A stretch of 64,000 bases of DNA from Eledone cirrhosa (GCA_964016885.1 OZ024755.1:3844001-3908000), one strand, 5' to 3'. Positions 1 through 12,663 are shown, numbered from the stretch's first letter. Translations and numbers: made by a program. The notes: generated by a model not told the origin, from the letters alone.

Positions 1-84
1 TATAGAGGAGGGAATGAATAAGAGAGGCCTGAAACTGATCTTGTTATAGGTACATCGGATCCCTGTTAAATATACGTCTAAGGT

Positions 85-285
85 CTGGAGCTCGGAGGCT
101 CAACAGGGCGGTGCATATCCTAGTTTCCATGGCGTGAAGTAACTGAGTACAATAATCCCTCCTGGATAGGACGCCAGTCCATTGCAGGGTTGTACCCCCA
201 ACTATTGCTGGTAGGTACATATTTTCAGCTGGCTGAGTATAACTGGAGCAACGGGAAATAAAGTATTTTACTCAAGAACACAACA
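85..285 (-). mobile_element. V-SINE-like element, 3' part (SINE family 2)
   Basis: Reverse complement matches the 62215-62440 element (TTGTGTTCTTGAG..CAGCTGAAAAT..GTACC..GCAATGGACTGGCGTCC..CGCCATGGAA). Confidence 0.65.
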
Positions 286-352
286 CAACACAATCTTTAA
301 AGATTTATAGACCTTGACAACCTCAACTAAGAATATTCCGTATCTTGCCAAC

Positions 353-468
353 GAGTTTCAAATCCCGCCGAGGTTGACTTTGCCTTTCATCCTTACGGGG
401 TCGACAAAATAAAGTACCAGTAATGCACTGGGTAATTGCGGGCCTTGTGCTTAAAGTAGAAACAATTA
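353..468 (+). mobile_element. Meta/MESC-like SINE, 5'-truncated short form
   Basis: B-box GAGTTTCAAATCCC followed by the core TTTGCCTTTCATCCTTACGGGGTCGA..AAAATAAAGTACCAG and the tail AGTAGAAACAATTA. Confidence 0.85.
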
Positions 469-620
469 TAAATAAATCTACAGGAAAATATTACCGTATT
501 TCGGCGCCGGGAAATACGGTAAGTGTCTAGTTAAACGCATGCGCTGTCCAGCCTCCTTCTACGACTTATATAATCGATGCACTCACATACCCCATGATAT
601 AATTACATGCATTTCCTCCA

Positions 621-1065
621 ACCCCCACCACAATTAAGGATCTAGAACCCTTTGAGTACACCCTTCTAGACATAATATATAATCCAATATCCGTAAATAT
701 ACAAATACCATTCAAACAACGGTTAAAATTGACATTAAGCACATCAGGAATTCTAAAAACATACTAAAAATATTTTCCGATAAATCCCAGAGCATCTTTG
801 AAGTAGATAATCTGTTTAAGCAGTTAATCAATAACAACATCATCTCAAATGAAGACCACAGTGCATTAGTGAGAGGTGGTGAATATATAGCACATCAACT
901 AAGACTAGATATGGTGTGGATGGTCCAGTAACTCCTGAGGGGGTTGTAAGGGGCCCCGTTGTAAGGACATACGGCGTTTCTAGTGCATTTTGTAAAACCT
1001 GGCGGAGTCCATCTCCTCTCAAGGTCTGAATACAGTGGATTTTTTCCAGAGAAGGATAGAAAGTG

Positions 1066-1096
<31 letters not shown>

Positions 1097-1570
1097 GTCT
1101 GTTTATGTGAGAGAGAGAGGAAGTGAGAAAGAGATAAAGAGGAAGAATCAGCCCAGTACTTGACTGGATATACACGCGGCATATATTACAATTATGGACT
1201 ATAAACAAACTTCTACCTCTAACAACGGATATAGATTAATTGATTAAGCTAAAACTACGAGTGTATTTAAGCAACAACAACATTTTATGAAATTTTGAAA
1301 ACAGTATAAAGAAAGCTACTGACATCGAACAATGGAAAATCCCAGCACAGTCGCTCATCGGCTTCACAATATTAACAGTAAACATAAATTTAGATTTATC
1401 CAATTTAATATTATTAAAATTTTCCCTTTCATCTCTAAATCCTTAATCTATATTGTCTCAGAATGTACCAACACTTAAAATAATACAATAGAAGATAATA
1501 AAATTGAGATATGTACGCTAGGAAGACATTACATATAGAGGCCATGATTGGGTCACATTTCTACCAGCTG
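621..1570 (+). pseudogene. Decayed Penelope-like element (PLE) reverse transcriptase, interrupted by a SINE
   Basis: Manual translation across frameshifts gives TIKDLEPFEYTLLDII / RKYTNTIQTTVKIDIKHIRNSKN..FSDKSQSIFEVD..FKQLINNNI..IAHQLRLD, then after the SINE AYITIMDYKQ..YRLID*AKT, QWK, FRFIQFNIIKIFPFIS, YARKT. The order matches the invertebrate PLE RT motifs ADKT / AFITLKDHK / RLINPAKS / QWKN / FIQFDI.FYPSI, recalled from family knowledge. Confidence 0.75.
925..1168 (-). mobile_element. Long-tailed SINE variant (3' part) inserted into the PLE relic
   Basis: Shares GTAACTCC..GGCGTTTCTAG..TCTGAATACAG..GAGAAAGAGAT..CCAGTACTTGACTGG with 19810-20143, 20925-21120, 27700-27925, 37008-37220 and, inverted, 4940-5105. 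Confidence 0.75.
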
Positions 1571-1783
1571 AGTCTTTTGATATATTACGAGAGATGTGCA
1601 ACAGTATCAAGTCATAATAATACCTTTTAGGTTTATTATATATCTCACATATACTAAAGCAACTAACTTATTCCAATAAATTTTTTCTGTATAGAGAATA
1701 TAAGCAATATATATTTATTAAAATAACAGTATATATTTATCCTTATCGAGCCCTCTTTGGATTTTAGTTTTCACATTTATTAT

Positions 1784-1845
<62 letters not shown>

Positions 1846-1912
1846 AAAAAACGTATACACACTTCAACACCATTCTATTAAAAGTGTGTAAACATTTTTT
1901 GGGAACAGCCTG
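1846..1912. mobile_element. Tc1/mariner-type MITE remnant
   Basis: Internal inverted arms AAAAAACGTATACACACTT / AAGTGTGTAAACATTTTTT. The right end reads TACAGGCTGTTCCCAAAAAA on the minus strand and abuts (TA)n. Confidence 0.45.
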
Positions 1913-2279
1913 TATATATATATATATATATATATATTTATCCTAATACATCAACGGATACCATTTTAGATACATCAGGGGAATTCGAGAACACGTCGCG
2001 CAGGTTGCTCTGATAGAATTGTCTGGAGGGCATATATGTGGACTCTGCCTCCAAGACCCTCTCAAGAAGAACATGGCTTTATAATATAGCTTCTATCTGT
2101 TTCTGTTTACTCCTACTAATATATTTTCAACCCTATTTCCTTATGCCCCATAGTAATTTTCTTTGTTTCATTATCAGATAAGAACTATAATGATAAAAGC
2201 CTAAATTGAAATTGCAGACAACTTTCAGTCAAACTTTCTTCCTATATATTCCAGTATTAAAAAATTACTGTTTCTAGTA

Positions 2280-2480
2280 GGTGCATGGCTTAGTGGCTAG
2301 AACGTTGGGCTTGCAATCGGGAGGTTATGAGTTCAATTCTCGAAATGGGTGCTGCTTTGTGAGGGGGGAGGGGAGACCGGTATGCATGGGTGACTGCTGA
2401 TATTCACGAAACAATCTTACCCAGACTTGTTCCTCGGAGGAGAACTTTCGAGATACAAATCCTATGCTCATTCGTGACCG
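2280..2480 (+). mobile_element. tRNA-headed SINE (family 2-like head)
   Basis: A-box TGGCTTAGTGG and B-box GAGTTCAATTCT at tRNA-like spacing. Confidence 0.55.
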
Positions 2481-3704
2481 AAGGAGATCTTTACCCTTAT
2501 CTTTTTCTTTTTTGTATTCTGAAGCTAGAAGAGGTAGTTGGAAGGAAGGCCTTTTGTCTTTGTCTAACACATTTTAACTTTCTCTACAAAATCAGATATT
2601 TAAGCTGAATATATAAAACATTACTGTTGAAATTTCCTCCTGTAATTACTTACATTCATTAAATTTTCTCTTTGATTTCGGCTGATTTGATCTTGAAATT
2701 CATTTACTACAGATATTATCAGTTCATTCTCATATTCGTTTATTTGGTGAATAATTTCACTCTTTTTCAATTGTTTCATTGTAATTATTAAATAGAAATT
2801 TTGTAATTTATGGAACCAATTTCATCCGTCTTCGTTTATAAATGATGTATTTATTAAAATTCTTTCAAACTCTGTTCCATTCTATTATTTTTTTCAATCT
2901 TCATCTTCTCAATTTTATATTTCTTTTCTATTGGTGTTTTCTCTCCTTTTTTTCTCCTCTTCTTTTGTCTTCTCTACTTTTCATCTCACCACTTCTAACT
3001 TTTCCTTGTCATTTCCTTATTTTATATAAATTTCTTCTTTATTTTTCTCTTCTTTTTCATCTTCTTTGTAATCACCTTTTCCCTCGTTTTCTTCGTTTTT
3101 TTTAACTTTCTTTCCATCATTCCACATCTTTCATTAATAATTATTTTCATCATATAATTGTTAGACTTGTTTTATTAATCAGGATTTTTCTTTTATTATT
3201 ATTATCATTATTATTATTATTATTATTCTTTGTTTTTAGTCTGTAAATCCATTTCATTAATTCCAAATTTTTTTTAAAAATCCATTTCTCACATTTCTTT
3301 CTTTTCTTTAATTTCTAACTTATCTCCCCCACCCAACCCTCTCACCCACACCCCCACCCTCTCACCCGCACAAATACGGTTTTTTGATATGATTATTGTT
3401 AATTTTTTATACATGAAGACAATTTGCTTGAATCCGTTGCTTGGAAATGGATTAAATTACAGTGACAGCCGCTCTGGTTTACATAAATTCCCTCAGGGTA
3501 GCCCCAATTAGAATTAAGGTTCTAACAATACCATATAAATAAAAAAAAAGCTGTGAACTAAGTTGATTTCATGAATATATGATTGCATCTGGAAGCAATC
3601 ATATTTAATGATCAATATAATTTCTTTCTTTACTTAGAAGTAAACCATTGATCCCTTGGTTAGAGAGGAATCCATGACTGAATCGATCCCTGCTAACACT
3701 ACAT

Positions 3705-3838
3705 CCCGCCGGTGTTAACTTTGTCTTTCATCCTTATGGGGTAAGATAAAATAAAGTACCAGTAATGTACTGGGGTCGATTTAATTGACTTTTCCTTCAC
3801 CCAAAATTGTTGACCTTGTGCCTCAATTAGAAACCAAT
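3705..3838 (+). mobile_element. Meta/MESC-like SINE, long form, 5'-truncated
   Basis: Core plus the GGGGTCGATTTAATTGACTTTTCC insert and the AGAAACCAAT tail. Confidence 0.8.
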
Positions 3839-5272
3839 TTATTGCTCCTGGAAGTATTAAAAGTGTAATCGATTCCTGGAGTACTAGAACTCAGAACCTA
3901 GAGATATAACATCAATGGATATCATTTTACATACACCAGGTGGAGTACACGTCCTGAAGGTTACCTCTGACAGAACTGTCTAGAAAGCACAATAAGATGA
4001 TGATGATGATGATGGTCATAATGTACTAGTAGTAGTAGTAGTAATCTTTATTATGAAACCATGCAGGATTTAAACAAGGAGTGACAACAAAACTGAGCCA
4101 AAGACATATTTTATCTGACTTTACATTACTTTTGTCTACAGCACCATTATCTTATTCCAGTTATATACAACATAATATATAATATAATTTATACAATATA
4201 AAGCTTATCAAAACAGTGGTATATTGTGTCAGTATATGGCAGAAACAGAGTATTTAAATGTTTCATTTTGTAAGTGTTAGTGAAAAGTTAGTGTATGTTT
4301 TTTCAGAGTGTTGTGTGAAGTTTTATGTTGGGCAGGCGCACTGTACGTCTAAACAAGTTCAATTTTAATTACGTTGGATGTTAATTTAGTTGAGATTCAA
4401 TCACCAGTGACTGGCCATATCATGATTAATCCAATTTATCGGTTACTTTTGAAGTATAAAACTGTTAATTAGGCGAAATTAATAAATAAATGTGATCTAG
4501 AGAAACTGACTGAAATAAGCTAATAGAATAGATTAAAATAAATTAAACAGGAGTTGGCGTACTGAATAGTATACGTAAAAATGTTTTAATGAATTGAACT
4601 TTGTCTTTTAATTGGAAAACTAAAACAGAAACCTAGCGGCAATCGTTAGAAATTCACTAAGAAATAAAGGAGATGTACTTAAGGAAAAATCTGATCTTTA
4701 TTAGTGAAGATAATGATTCAAAATACATATTTCGGTTTTATTACAACTCATCAGAACATCATAGTAAACACGAGCACGCTTGATGACTAAAATGTTGTAG
4801 AGTGATGAAGACTTTTGTCAGGACAGAAATTTGCATAATATTAAACACTTCAGCTAAGGGATATAACTCAAATATTTATTGTATTATTGTTGCTTCGTGT
4901 GATATCATCTCTGGTAGTGTAACTGTATTAACAAAGGATGGTCGCATCTAGAGCGCCTGTTTTATGAGAGTATCTAGGGCTACTACTGGGGTTGATTCTT
5001 CCTCTATATCTCTTTCTCACACCTCCTCTCTCACTGGCTCCCCTTGGCCGAAAGAAAAGGCTGTTCAGACATAGAGAAGGAATGAGTTCCGCCAGGTTTA
5101 AAATGCCCCCCCCCCCCCCCACACTCAATCAGGAGTTGTGGGTCTATGCAATATATAATATGATGAGGACGAGTACCAAAATACATTCTTTTGGTTTCAA
5201 ATCGCTCAAAGCACCGTATTTATGAAAGGATTCTATAGAAAGTTGCTTGTAGAAAATCCTATTTCTCTAAGC

Positions 5273-5448
5273 CACCGTTTCTCAACCGGTTCTTCAACAG
5301 GTGTTTCTCGGAATCCAAGGGTTCTGAGAGAAACAGCATAAGAAATAGATATTAGTAATGCTATATAATAATTTGTATGCAGGGGTTCCTTGAGACTTGA
5401 AAACTATTTCAAGGGCTCTACAAAGGGTAAAAAGCTTGAGAAACGCTG
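5273..5448. mobile_element. hAT (Charlie-like) MITE with 8-bp TSD
   Basis: TIRs CACCGTTTCTCAA / TTGAGAAACGCTG; flanks CTCTAAGC (5265-5272) and CTCAAAGC (5449-5456), one mismatch. Confidence 0.8.
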
Positions 5449-5460
5449 CTCAAAGCAGGA

Positions 5461-5822
5461 TTTGAGCTCTGGAATAATACAGTTGAACTCTATTATTCCA
5501 ATTGAGCTCTGGAATAATACAGTTGAACTCTATTATTCCAATTGAGCTCTGGAATAATACAGTTGAACTCTATTATTCCAATTGAGCTCTGGAATAATAC
5601 AGTTGAACTCTATTATTCCAATTGAGCTCTGGAATAATACAGTTGAACTCTATTATTCCAATTGAGCTCTGGAATAATACAGTTGAACTCTATTATTCCA
5701 ATTGAGCTCTGGAATAATACAGTTGAACTCTATTATTCCAATTGAGCTCTGGAATAATACAGTTGAACGCTATTATTCCAATTGAGCTCTGGAATAATAC
5801 AGTTGAACTCTATTATTCCAAT
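5461..5822. repeat. Minisatellite, 9 x 40 bp, each unit with a 10-bp inverted repeat
   Basis: Unit ATTGAGCTCTGGAATAATACAGTTGAACTCTATTATTCCA; TGGAATAATA/TATTATTCCA stem; one internal substitution near 5769. Confidence 0.97.
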
Positions 5823-6317
5823 TAGCAGAAAAACCACCCTTAAATATTTATTTAAGCGATCACAACCGGAAGTGTTGACATTTGAAAATTTTGAAGAAAT
5901 GAATCTTTAAATAAACGATAAAATATATTTAATCAACAGCTACGAAATTTAGTAGATAAATTATGTAATATTCATTAATTATTTATTCAAAGTAATCCAA
6001 CTTATTTTACTAATGGGATAAAAAAAATTATAAACCGTACGCAGTCTCGCATTCCTTACTTTATTATAGTTTAGATATCATGTATTCAGTGAGTTGACCT
6101 AATCTAATAAGAGATACACGTGCATGTTAGTGCTGTTACTAGATGGTACATCATTGCTGTAGTTTTAACCCTGCGGGGTGAGATATAGTTGGTTCAATCA
6201 ACGTACTTTAATTACTTCATTATAACTGTTTGTAGTAATGACTTTCAATACTCACCTTACACTGGTCGACATCAACATTGCCGTAGTTAAGTGTTACAAG
6301 ACTACCTCTTCCCATTA

Positions 6318-6430
6318 CTACCACCACCACCACCACCACCACCACCACCACCACCACCACCACCACCACCACCACCACCACCACCACCACCACCACCTTC
6401 TTCTTCTTCTTCTTCTTCTTCTTCTTCTTT
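6318..6430. repeat. Compound (CAC)n-(CTT)n microsatellite
   Basis: Directly visible; it is the source of the poly-H and poly-P ORFs. Confidence 0.97.
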
Positions 6431-6878
6431 TTCTTTTTCTTGTAGCATTTGGTGCACTAGCTACAACAGCAACAAAATATATTTTCTCCCACTAGCTATA
6501 CCATTAAGAAAGTTAAAACGAAAATTACAATTACAAATTATAAACTCATAAATCAAAACCAAGAAAATTAAAACGGTAAATAAGGCAACATCAACGACAA
6601 TAAAGTCATTACAATTCTATATGAAGAATTTTATTCCTCACTTGAATGAAGGTCATTTTTTTTTTTTCATTAATTTATTTATCTCTTCTTGTACAAACGA
6701 TTAACCCATCACATATTTTCTACTTTGTACTAAAACTGTATATTTCAGACGAGGGCAAGAAATACGATATTAATTTCTCTTCAGTTATATATATATATAG
6801 GTATTCCTCGAGCTGATCGGCAGTGAAACATATGTAATTAAATATGTATATGATGCAACACTTATTCTTTGTTCCCTG

Positions 6879-6910
<32 letters not shown>

Positions 6911-6912
6911 AT

Positions 6913-6945
<33 letters not shown>

Positions 6946-6947
6946 AT

Positions 6948-6978
<31 letters not shown>

Positions 6979-9001
6979 ATTATATATATATATATATATT
7001 ATATATATATATTATTATATATATATTATATATAATATTATATATATATATATTATATATAATATTATATATATATAATATAATATATATATATATTTTC
7101 GATATTATTTTGTCTTTACTCGGGCCGTTTTTCTGTTTCTCCTTTGTGATCCTGTCTCTATTTTCTGCTTCTGAATAAGGGCTGAAGCCCGACACGTCGA
7201 ACTTTCTTTCCAATATAAAGCGGGAAACTAAGACTTTTTGTGTCGCTGTTTGTACCGCTTATTGTACCGCTATTTGTTTGGTGAGTGGTAGTTGACAAAC
7301 TCTCGTATAAATAGGGTGACTAACAACGTATGAGGAGTTATAACCCAATCTGACACAACTACCAAGTAATGGTCAGTTATCGCATATTCAGCACTCCATG
7401 AGTGGGTGATGGCTAGGTTTCATGAAACCAGCACATTAAAGTAAGTGGTGTCTATGTTTCATATAACCTCAACCACCTTGGTGTTTTCCACTTTATTTAC
7501 ATCGAACATAAATGTCACCTCGCCAACACCCTCAGCGCCTTATATCAAGCTTAGTATCTATGCAAAAATCAATTATTTCTTGTGGGATTTGAAAGAATAA
7601 CAAATTATCCTTCGAGGCTTTATTTTATCTAAATCTCTGACTCATCTAACATCTCTGTATTCAAAGAAGAGTCAGGTAGAATTTAATTTAAGAAAGTGGA
7701 AATGATATAGAAGGGAAACCGGAGAAATAATAGTTGATGTGATATATGTTATCAAATATATGTGATGGAGGAGATGGGAGAAAGGGAACGCTGAAAAATG
7801 ACTGAGTGCACCAAAGAAAGAGAACAGGAAGAGGGGCAAATAGAAGCAATTAGTGAATGAGTAGGGAGCGAGAAAGAAAGGGGGAGAGAGAGAAAGTATG
7901 AGTGAGCGTGAGTGAAAGTACAGGGGAAGAGAATGAACTGATTAAAGAGTAAGCGTATAAATAAAGTATGGACGGAGAGAAACGTTAAAGGTTTCCAACA
8001 ATACCAACAGATTTTGAGGGATACGAAATGAGTAAGAGAGAGAAGCTAGAGAAATGTGAAAGAGATAAATAACAGCGTGATATCGACAAGAGATAACACC
8101 AAAATGTCTGCTGAACAAATGTAAAAGTTGATCTTTAGCGTCATGTGTCATTGAAGTGATAGCAATGGTGGAAAGAGAGAAAAATGTCTCGATATGCGAC
8201 AGACTTACCAAAATTTAATAACAGCTCTGTCGTCGTCTTTTAGAACTGAACAAATAATGTTAGTATCTTTTGGCAAATACGTGGAAGAATCAATAAGATG
8301 AAGAGGAGAGTGATGCGATGATGATCAGTTAACTAAGTGTACTGTATCGCTAGCTGGAGATGACACGATGGTGTCTTAATACTTAAGAAACGATGGTTAC
8401 CCCAATGTCAAAGAAGACAAATCAATGTGTGACTGTATGAATGAAATAATGAAGTAAATAAAGAAAGCAAACTCTATGTAAATGTTTGGTTTTTACAACG
8501 TTGTCACTATTAGACGACAAACTAAAAACATCTGCAAGTTAAGAGATAATGACCGCAGTGAGATCTGTCAAAAGAGACAAGACGTGTGAGAATCAATAAT
8601 GTACCAACAATGGCGAAACAATGGTGGAAAAAAATAGACTATATGTTTTATGTATGAAGCAGCCGACAGTGAAGTTTAGATAAGTAACGTTTGGAATCAA
8701 TTAGTTTTAATACGAGATTATACATATAAATATCCCTAGATCTAGAATGGCGAGTCTATAATATTTTCCCTTTAGATCTGTTAATGTTTAAAAAAAGACA
8801 CACAGACACAGATACAGACACACACACATAGGCACAGACACACAGACACAGATACAGACACACACATAGGCACAGACACACAGACAGAGACACAGACACA
8901 TATATATCAGCTTTCGTGTTGATTTAGTGATTATAGTAAAAATAAACTTTCACAAGTCTTCAGAATCTATATTAACTTAGTGTGTATATATATATAGATA
9001 G

Positions 9002-9098
9002 ATAGAAAGGCTTCTACAAGACTAGAACTGTTTCATTCGGGAAGCCCTGATGATTTCTCCCGAATGAAACAGTTCTAGTCCTGTAGAAGCCTTTCTAT
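9002..9098 (+). other. 41-bp-arm palindrome containing a hammerhead core (CTGATGA..GAAAC)
   Basis: Arms match with 1 mismatch around a 15-nt loop; CTGATGA at 9047-9053, GAAAC at 9066-9070. The right arm recurs at 33848-33900. Confidence 0.7.
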
Positions 9099-9219
9099 AT
9101 TAAATATTTGTAGTCTGCTTTGTATTGAGTACCTTACTTACTGTGGATACCCCCGATTGAACCTGGGATAAACTTATCTATCCATATCTCTCTTTCTCTT
9201 TCTCTATCCATATCTCTCT

Positions 9220-9264
<45 letters not shown>

Positions 9265-9464
9265 GGAGAGAGAAAGAGAATTTTGTTCCACAATAAATTA
9301 GCAAACCATATTCGTGTTTCACCGGACGGATTTTCAACCCATGTATGGTTGTGGTGAGAGAATGGAGAAATTCACGTCTGCAGCCTTGAGTGGCCATAAA
9401 TGGCTTTCCAGCTTCATGGACGATCACTTATCAGGGTGTATAAAGGAAGTCGTCTGATGGTTAA

Positions 9465-9530
9465 GGAAGCGTTGTTGGTTTTATCAGATAGAATGTTTTT
9501 AATGTCTCTGCTAAGTTTGTTTTGGAAAAG
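9465..9530 (-). pseudogene. Small PLE RT fragment
   Basis: Minus strand reads FQNKLSRDIKNILSDKTNN, resembling the motif in the 621-1570 relic. Confidence 0.4.
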
Positions 9531-10097
9531 ACTAGAGTGTTTGCAGAAAGTAATTAAGAAGGAAAATGTAATTGTTTCTACTTTTGGCACAAGGCCAGCA
9601 ATTACTCAGTACGTTACTGGTACTTTATTTTATCGACCCCCGTAAGGATGAATATAATGGTCAGGGCTTTGAGCCAATATTTCTAAAATTATAATTGTTT
9701 TTGTAGACCTGGATGTTCCCACTAGCAACCAAACCTATTACCTGCGTCAATTACAGTAAAAGATTAATTCCATTGAGGGAGGAGGGGTGAATTGCCAATC
9801 AAATTATCAACCTTAACAAGGACATTTTGTTTGTTAATCGTTATTCTAAATGGAAATTATGTTCAATAAACAGATGCTAGTTCGTTTCTTAATTCAAACA
9901 ATCGCACCAGTACTTTCAGGCAGCCATTGTAATTCATTATTCGGCAGAAGAGTTTTCTGGTTACTTCTCATTTCATCACATGAAGTAGTAAAAAAAAACT
10001 AAAAAAAATCAGGCGTGTTCAACGGTTTAGTCTTAACAAAATTAATTATCTTTACTGCTTCGTCAAGGACAGTTTAATCAAAGCTATTATTTGTATT

Positions 10098-10472
10098 AAG
10101 GGCGGTGGATTGGCAATATCGGTAGAGAGTCTGACGCCATGCTTTCCAGCATAGTTACGTACCTTTAAGGTCTGAATTCAAATCCTGCCGAGGTTAACTT
10201 ACGGGGTCGATAAAATAAAGTACCAGTAATACACAGGGATAATTGCTGGCCTTGTGCCAAAAGTAGAAACAATTATTTTATAGGGTGTATTGGCAGTATC
10301 GGAAGAGGGTCTGACGCCATGCTTTGCGGCAAAGAATTACGGCCCTTTACGGTATGAGTTCAAATCCCGCCGAGGTTAACTTTGCCTTTCATCCTTACGA
10401 GGTCGATAAATAAAGTACCAGTAATACACACTGGGATAATTGCTGACCTTGTGCCAAAAGTAGAAACAATTA
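10098..10472 (+). mobile_element. Two tandem Meta/MESC-like SINEs
   Basis: Two heads (GGATTGGCA.TATCGG, GAGTTCAAATCC), two cores and two AGTAGAAACAATTA tails. Confidence 0.88.
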
Positions 10473-10947
10473 TACTTTAACCTTTCATCATTTTTACTTT
10501 CCAAACACAAAAACAAACAACTTAATGTGATTAAATGGTTTCCTACTTTAATTATAATTTCGTCTTTCTCATATTGTTGTTGATTTTCTTCACTACATAT
10601 TGTTATTTGATTGTTTGTGGCTTTTAAAATATACTATCTTGTTTCTTTTTTAATATATTTTCTCTATCAACAGACCGTTACCGTTTCTCAGGCAATTTCT
10701 ACTTGATCTTTTTTGCTGTTTTCTTTCTAGATTTTCTTTCCTTATTTGTCATTTTTTTGTTATTTTATTTTTTTCTCGTTCTCTTCCGTAACCTCTTTAC
10801 CTCCTCATAGTTTCTTTCATTCATTATTTCTCATCCTACCTCTCTTTCGATTATCCTCCCATCACTTTTTTCCTCTCATCACATTCTATCCCTCACTATA
10901 TATATGTACACACATACATGTTTACATATATATATATTTGTGTGTGC

Positions 10948-10998
<51 letters not shown>

Positions 10999-11125
10999 GA
11001 ATGTATGTATAGTATATTTGGCATTATACCGTATGTTTAATTAAAAACATTTAGAAGACCATACGCTATCAGTTTTAAAGTAGTGACTATGTCACTTACT
11101 TCTTTTCGGCGAAAGAAGGGAGAGA

Positions 11126-11167
11126 AGATGACAGTCTGTTTCACGCTGGTTGGCGATCATCAGAGCC
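11126..11167 (-). ncRNA. Near-intact minimal type-I hammerhead ribozyme
   Basis: Minus strand: GGCT-CTGATGA-T-CGC caacca GCG-T-GAAA-CAG a CTG-TC^ATCT. Core intact with a GUC site; stem I has a mismatch. Confidence 0.7.
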
Positions 11168-11485
11168 ACGTACTCCCCTGATTCCGTCGAAAATTATCGA
11201 AGCTGGATTCTTATAGAATTCCAGTAATAACCAGGACCTGATTATACAGAGCGATTGCCGGTCCAGAAAAAATTAGGTATTAGGATTGGTGCTCTGAAAT
11301 AGCGATGTATGTATAGTATATTTGGCAATATACCGTATATATATATATTTACGCAAGAAATAGTTCACCAAGGTTGAACAATTAACACATTACTTATTTA
11401 ATTTACATATGTTTCATTCTCTAAAGAATATTGTTTTCAATACCTTTATAGAGAAATAATCGGAATCAATTATATATATATATAT

Positions 11486-11672
11486 AATTGTTTTTACTTT
11501 TGGCACAAAGCCAGCAAATATCCAGTTCATTACTGGTACTGTATTTTATCGGCCCCGTAAGGATGAAAGGCAAAATTAACCACGGCCGGATTTGAACTCG
11601 GATCATAAAGGGCCGTAACTTTATGCGTCAAAGCATGGTGTCCGAACCTCTACCGATACTGCCAATCCACTA
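11486..11672 (-). mobile_element. Meta/MESC-like SINE, full-length short form
   Basis: Reverse complement of head, core and tail. Confidence 0.88.
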
Positions 11673-12663
11673 ATATTTAGTAGGAATAGAAGAGGAAGGA
11701 GAAAATGATGTTGCTGATGATGATGAGAAATGAAAGGAAAGGAGCAATAAAAGAAATTAGGGAGTAAAAAAAAAACCGAAGGAAATAGAAAGATAAAAGA
11801 AATGTAAAAAAAAAAGCGGGGAGGGGGAAGGAGAGAAAGAAGGAAGAGAAGATAGAAAGAAGAATAAAAAGGTCTGAATGTAATTATGAGAGGAAGTAAG
11901 ATGGGGGAAGAGAGGAGGAGGCGAATGCAGTGAAGTATAAAAGTGAAGAGAATAGATAGAAGGAAGAGGAAGGAAGGAAGGAAGATAGAAGTGGTGAAAG
12001 ATGGAGATATTGAGGTTGGGAAGGGGGGGGGGTGTAGGAGCTGAACGGAAGAGAGAGTGACTGACATGGAGTGAGAGAAGAGAGATAGAGTGGTAGATAG
12101 ATGTAGGGATAGTTAGGGAAGGAGATAGATACTGAGATAATTAGGGAGGGGGACGGTAGAGAGAGAGAGAGAGGGAAGGAGATAGTCGCTGTGAGGTAGA
12201 GAGGGAAGAAGATAGATGTAGAGATAGTTAGGGAGGGGGATAGATTCAGAGATAGGGAGAAGGTGAGATAGGAAGAAGTAGGCCAGGTAAAAAGGAAAAG
12301 GTAGGAGAGAAGCCATATAAGGTAAAGCGTATAGAAAAAGACTTTAAAATATGAACATATTGTCAACGGTGTCAAGAAAAGTTCAAAAATGTTAAAATGA
12401 AAGGAAGGCGGGGGAACATCCCCAACACCGCCTCGTCGTAGACCCAGAGCCCATCACCCCACCCTTTCTTCAGTGGCTTTTAAGTCCTTGCTTTTTCCCC
12501 TCCTGTTCTTCTCATTTATGGCTTTCATAGTCCTTTCCTCTATTCCCCCATACAGCCAGATCTGCCCTTCCTTATCACTTCCCCATTTTCTCATTATTTA
12601 ATTTTGTTTTATCTTTCTTTCTCGTATTTAATAAAATATTTATAACATAGATATAACTCCCCC

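Noticed and set aside
5461-5822. CRISPR-like palindromic repeat array
   Set aside because: Units are contiguous with no unique spacers, there are no cas genes, and the context is eukaryotic.
10098-10200. tRNA genes
   Set aside because: The A/B boxes belong to SINE heads; there is no complete cloverleaf and they run into the SINE core.
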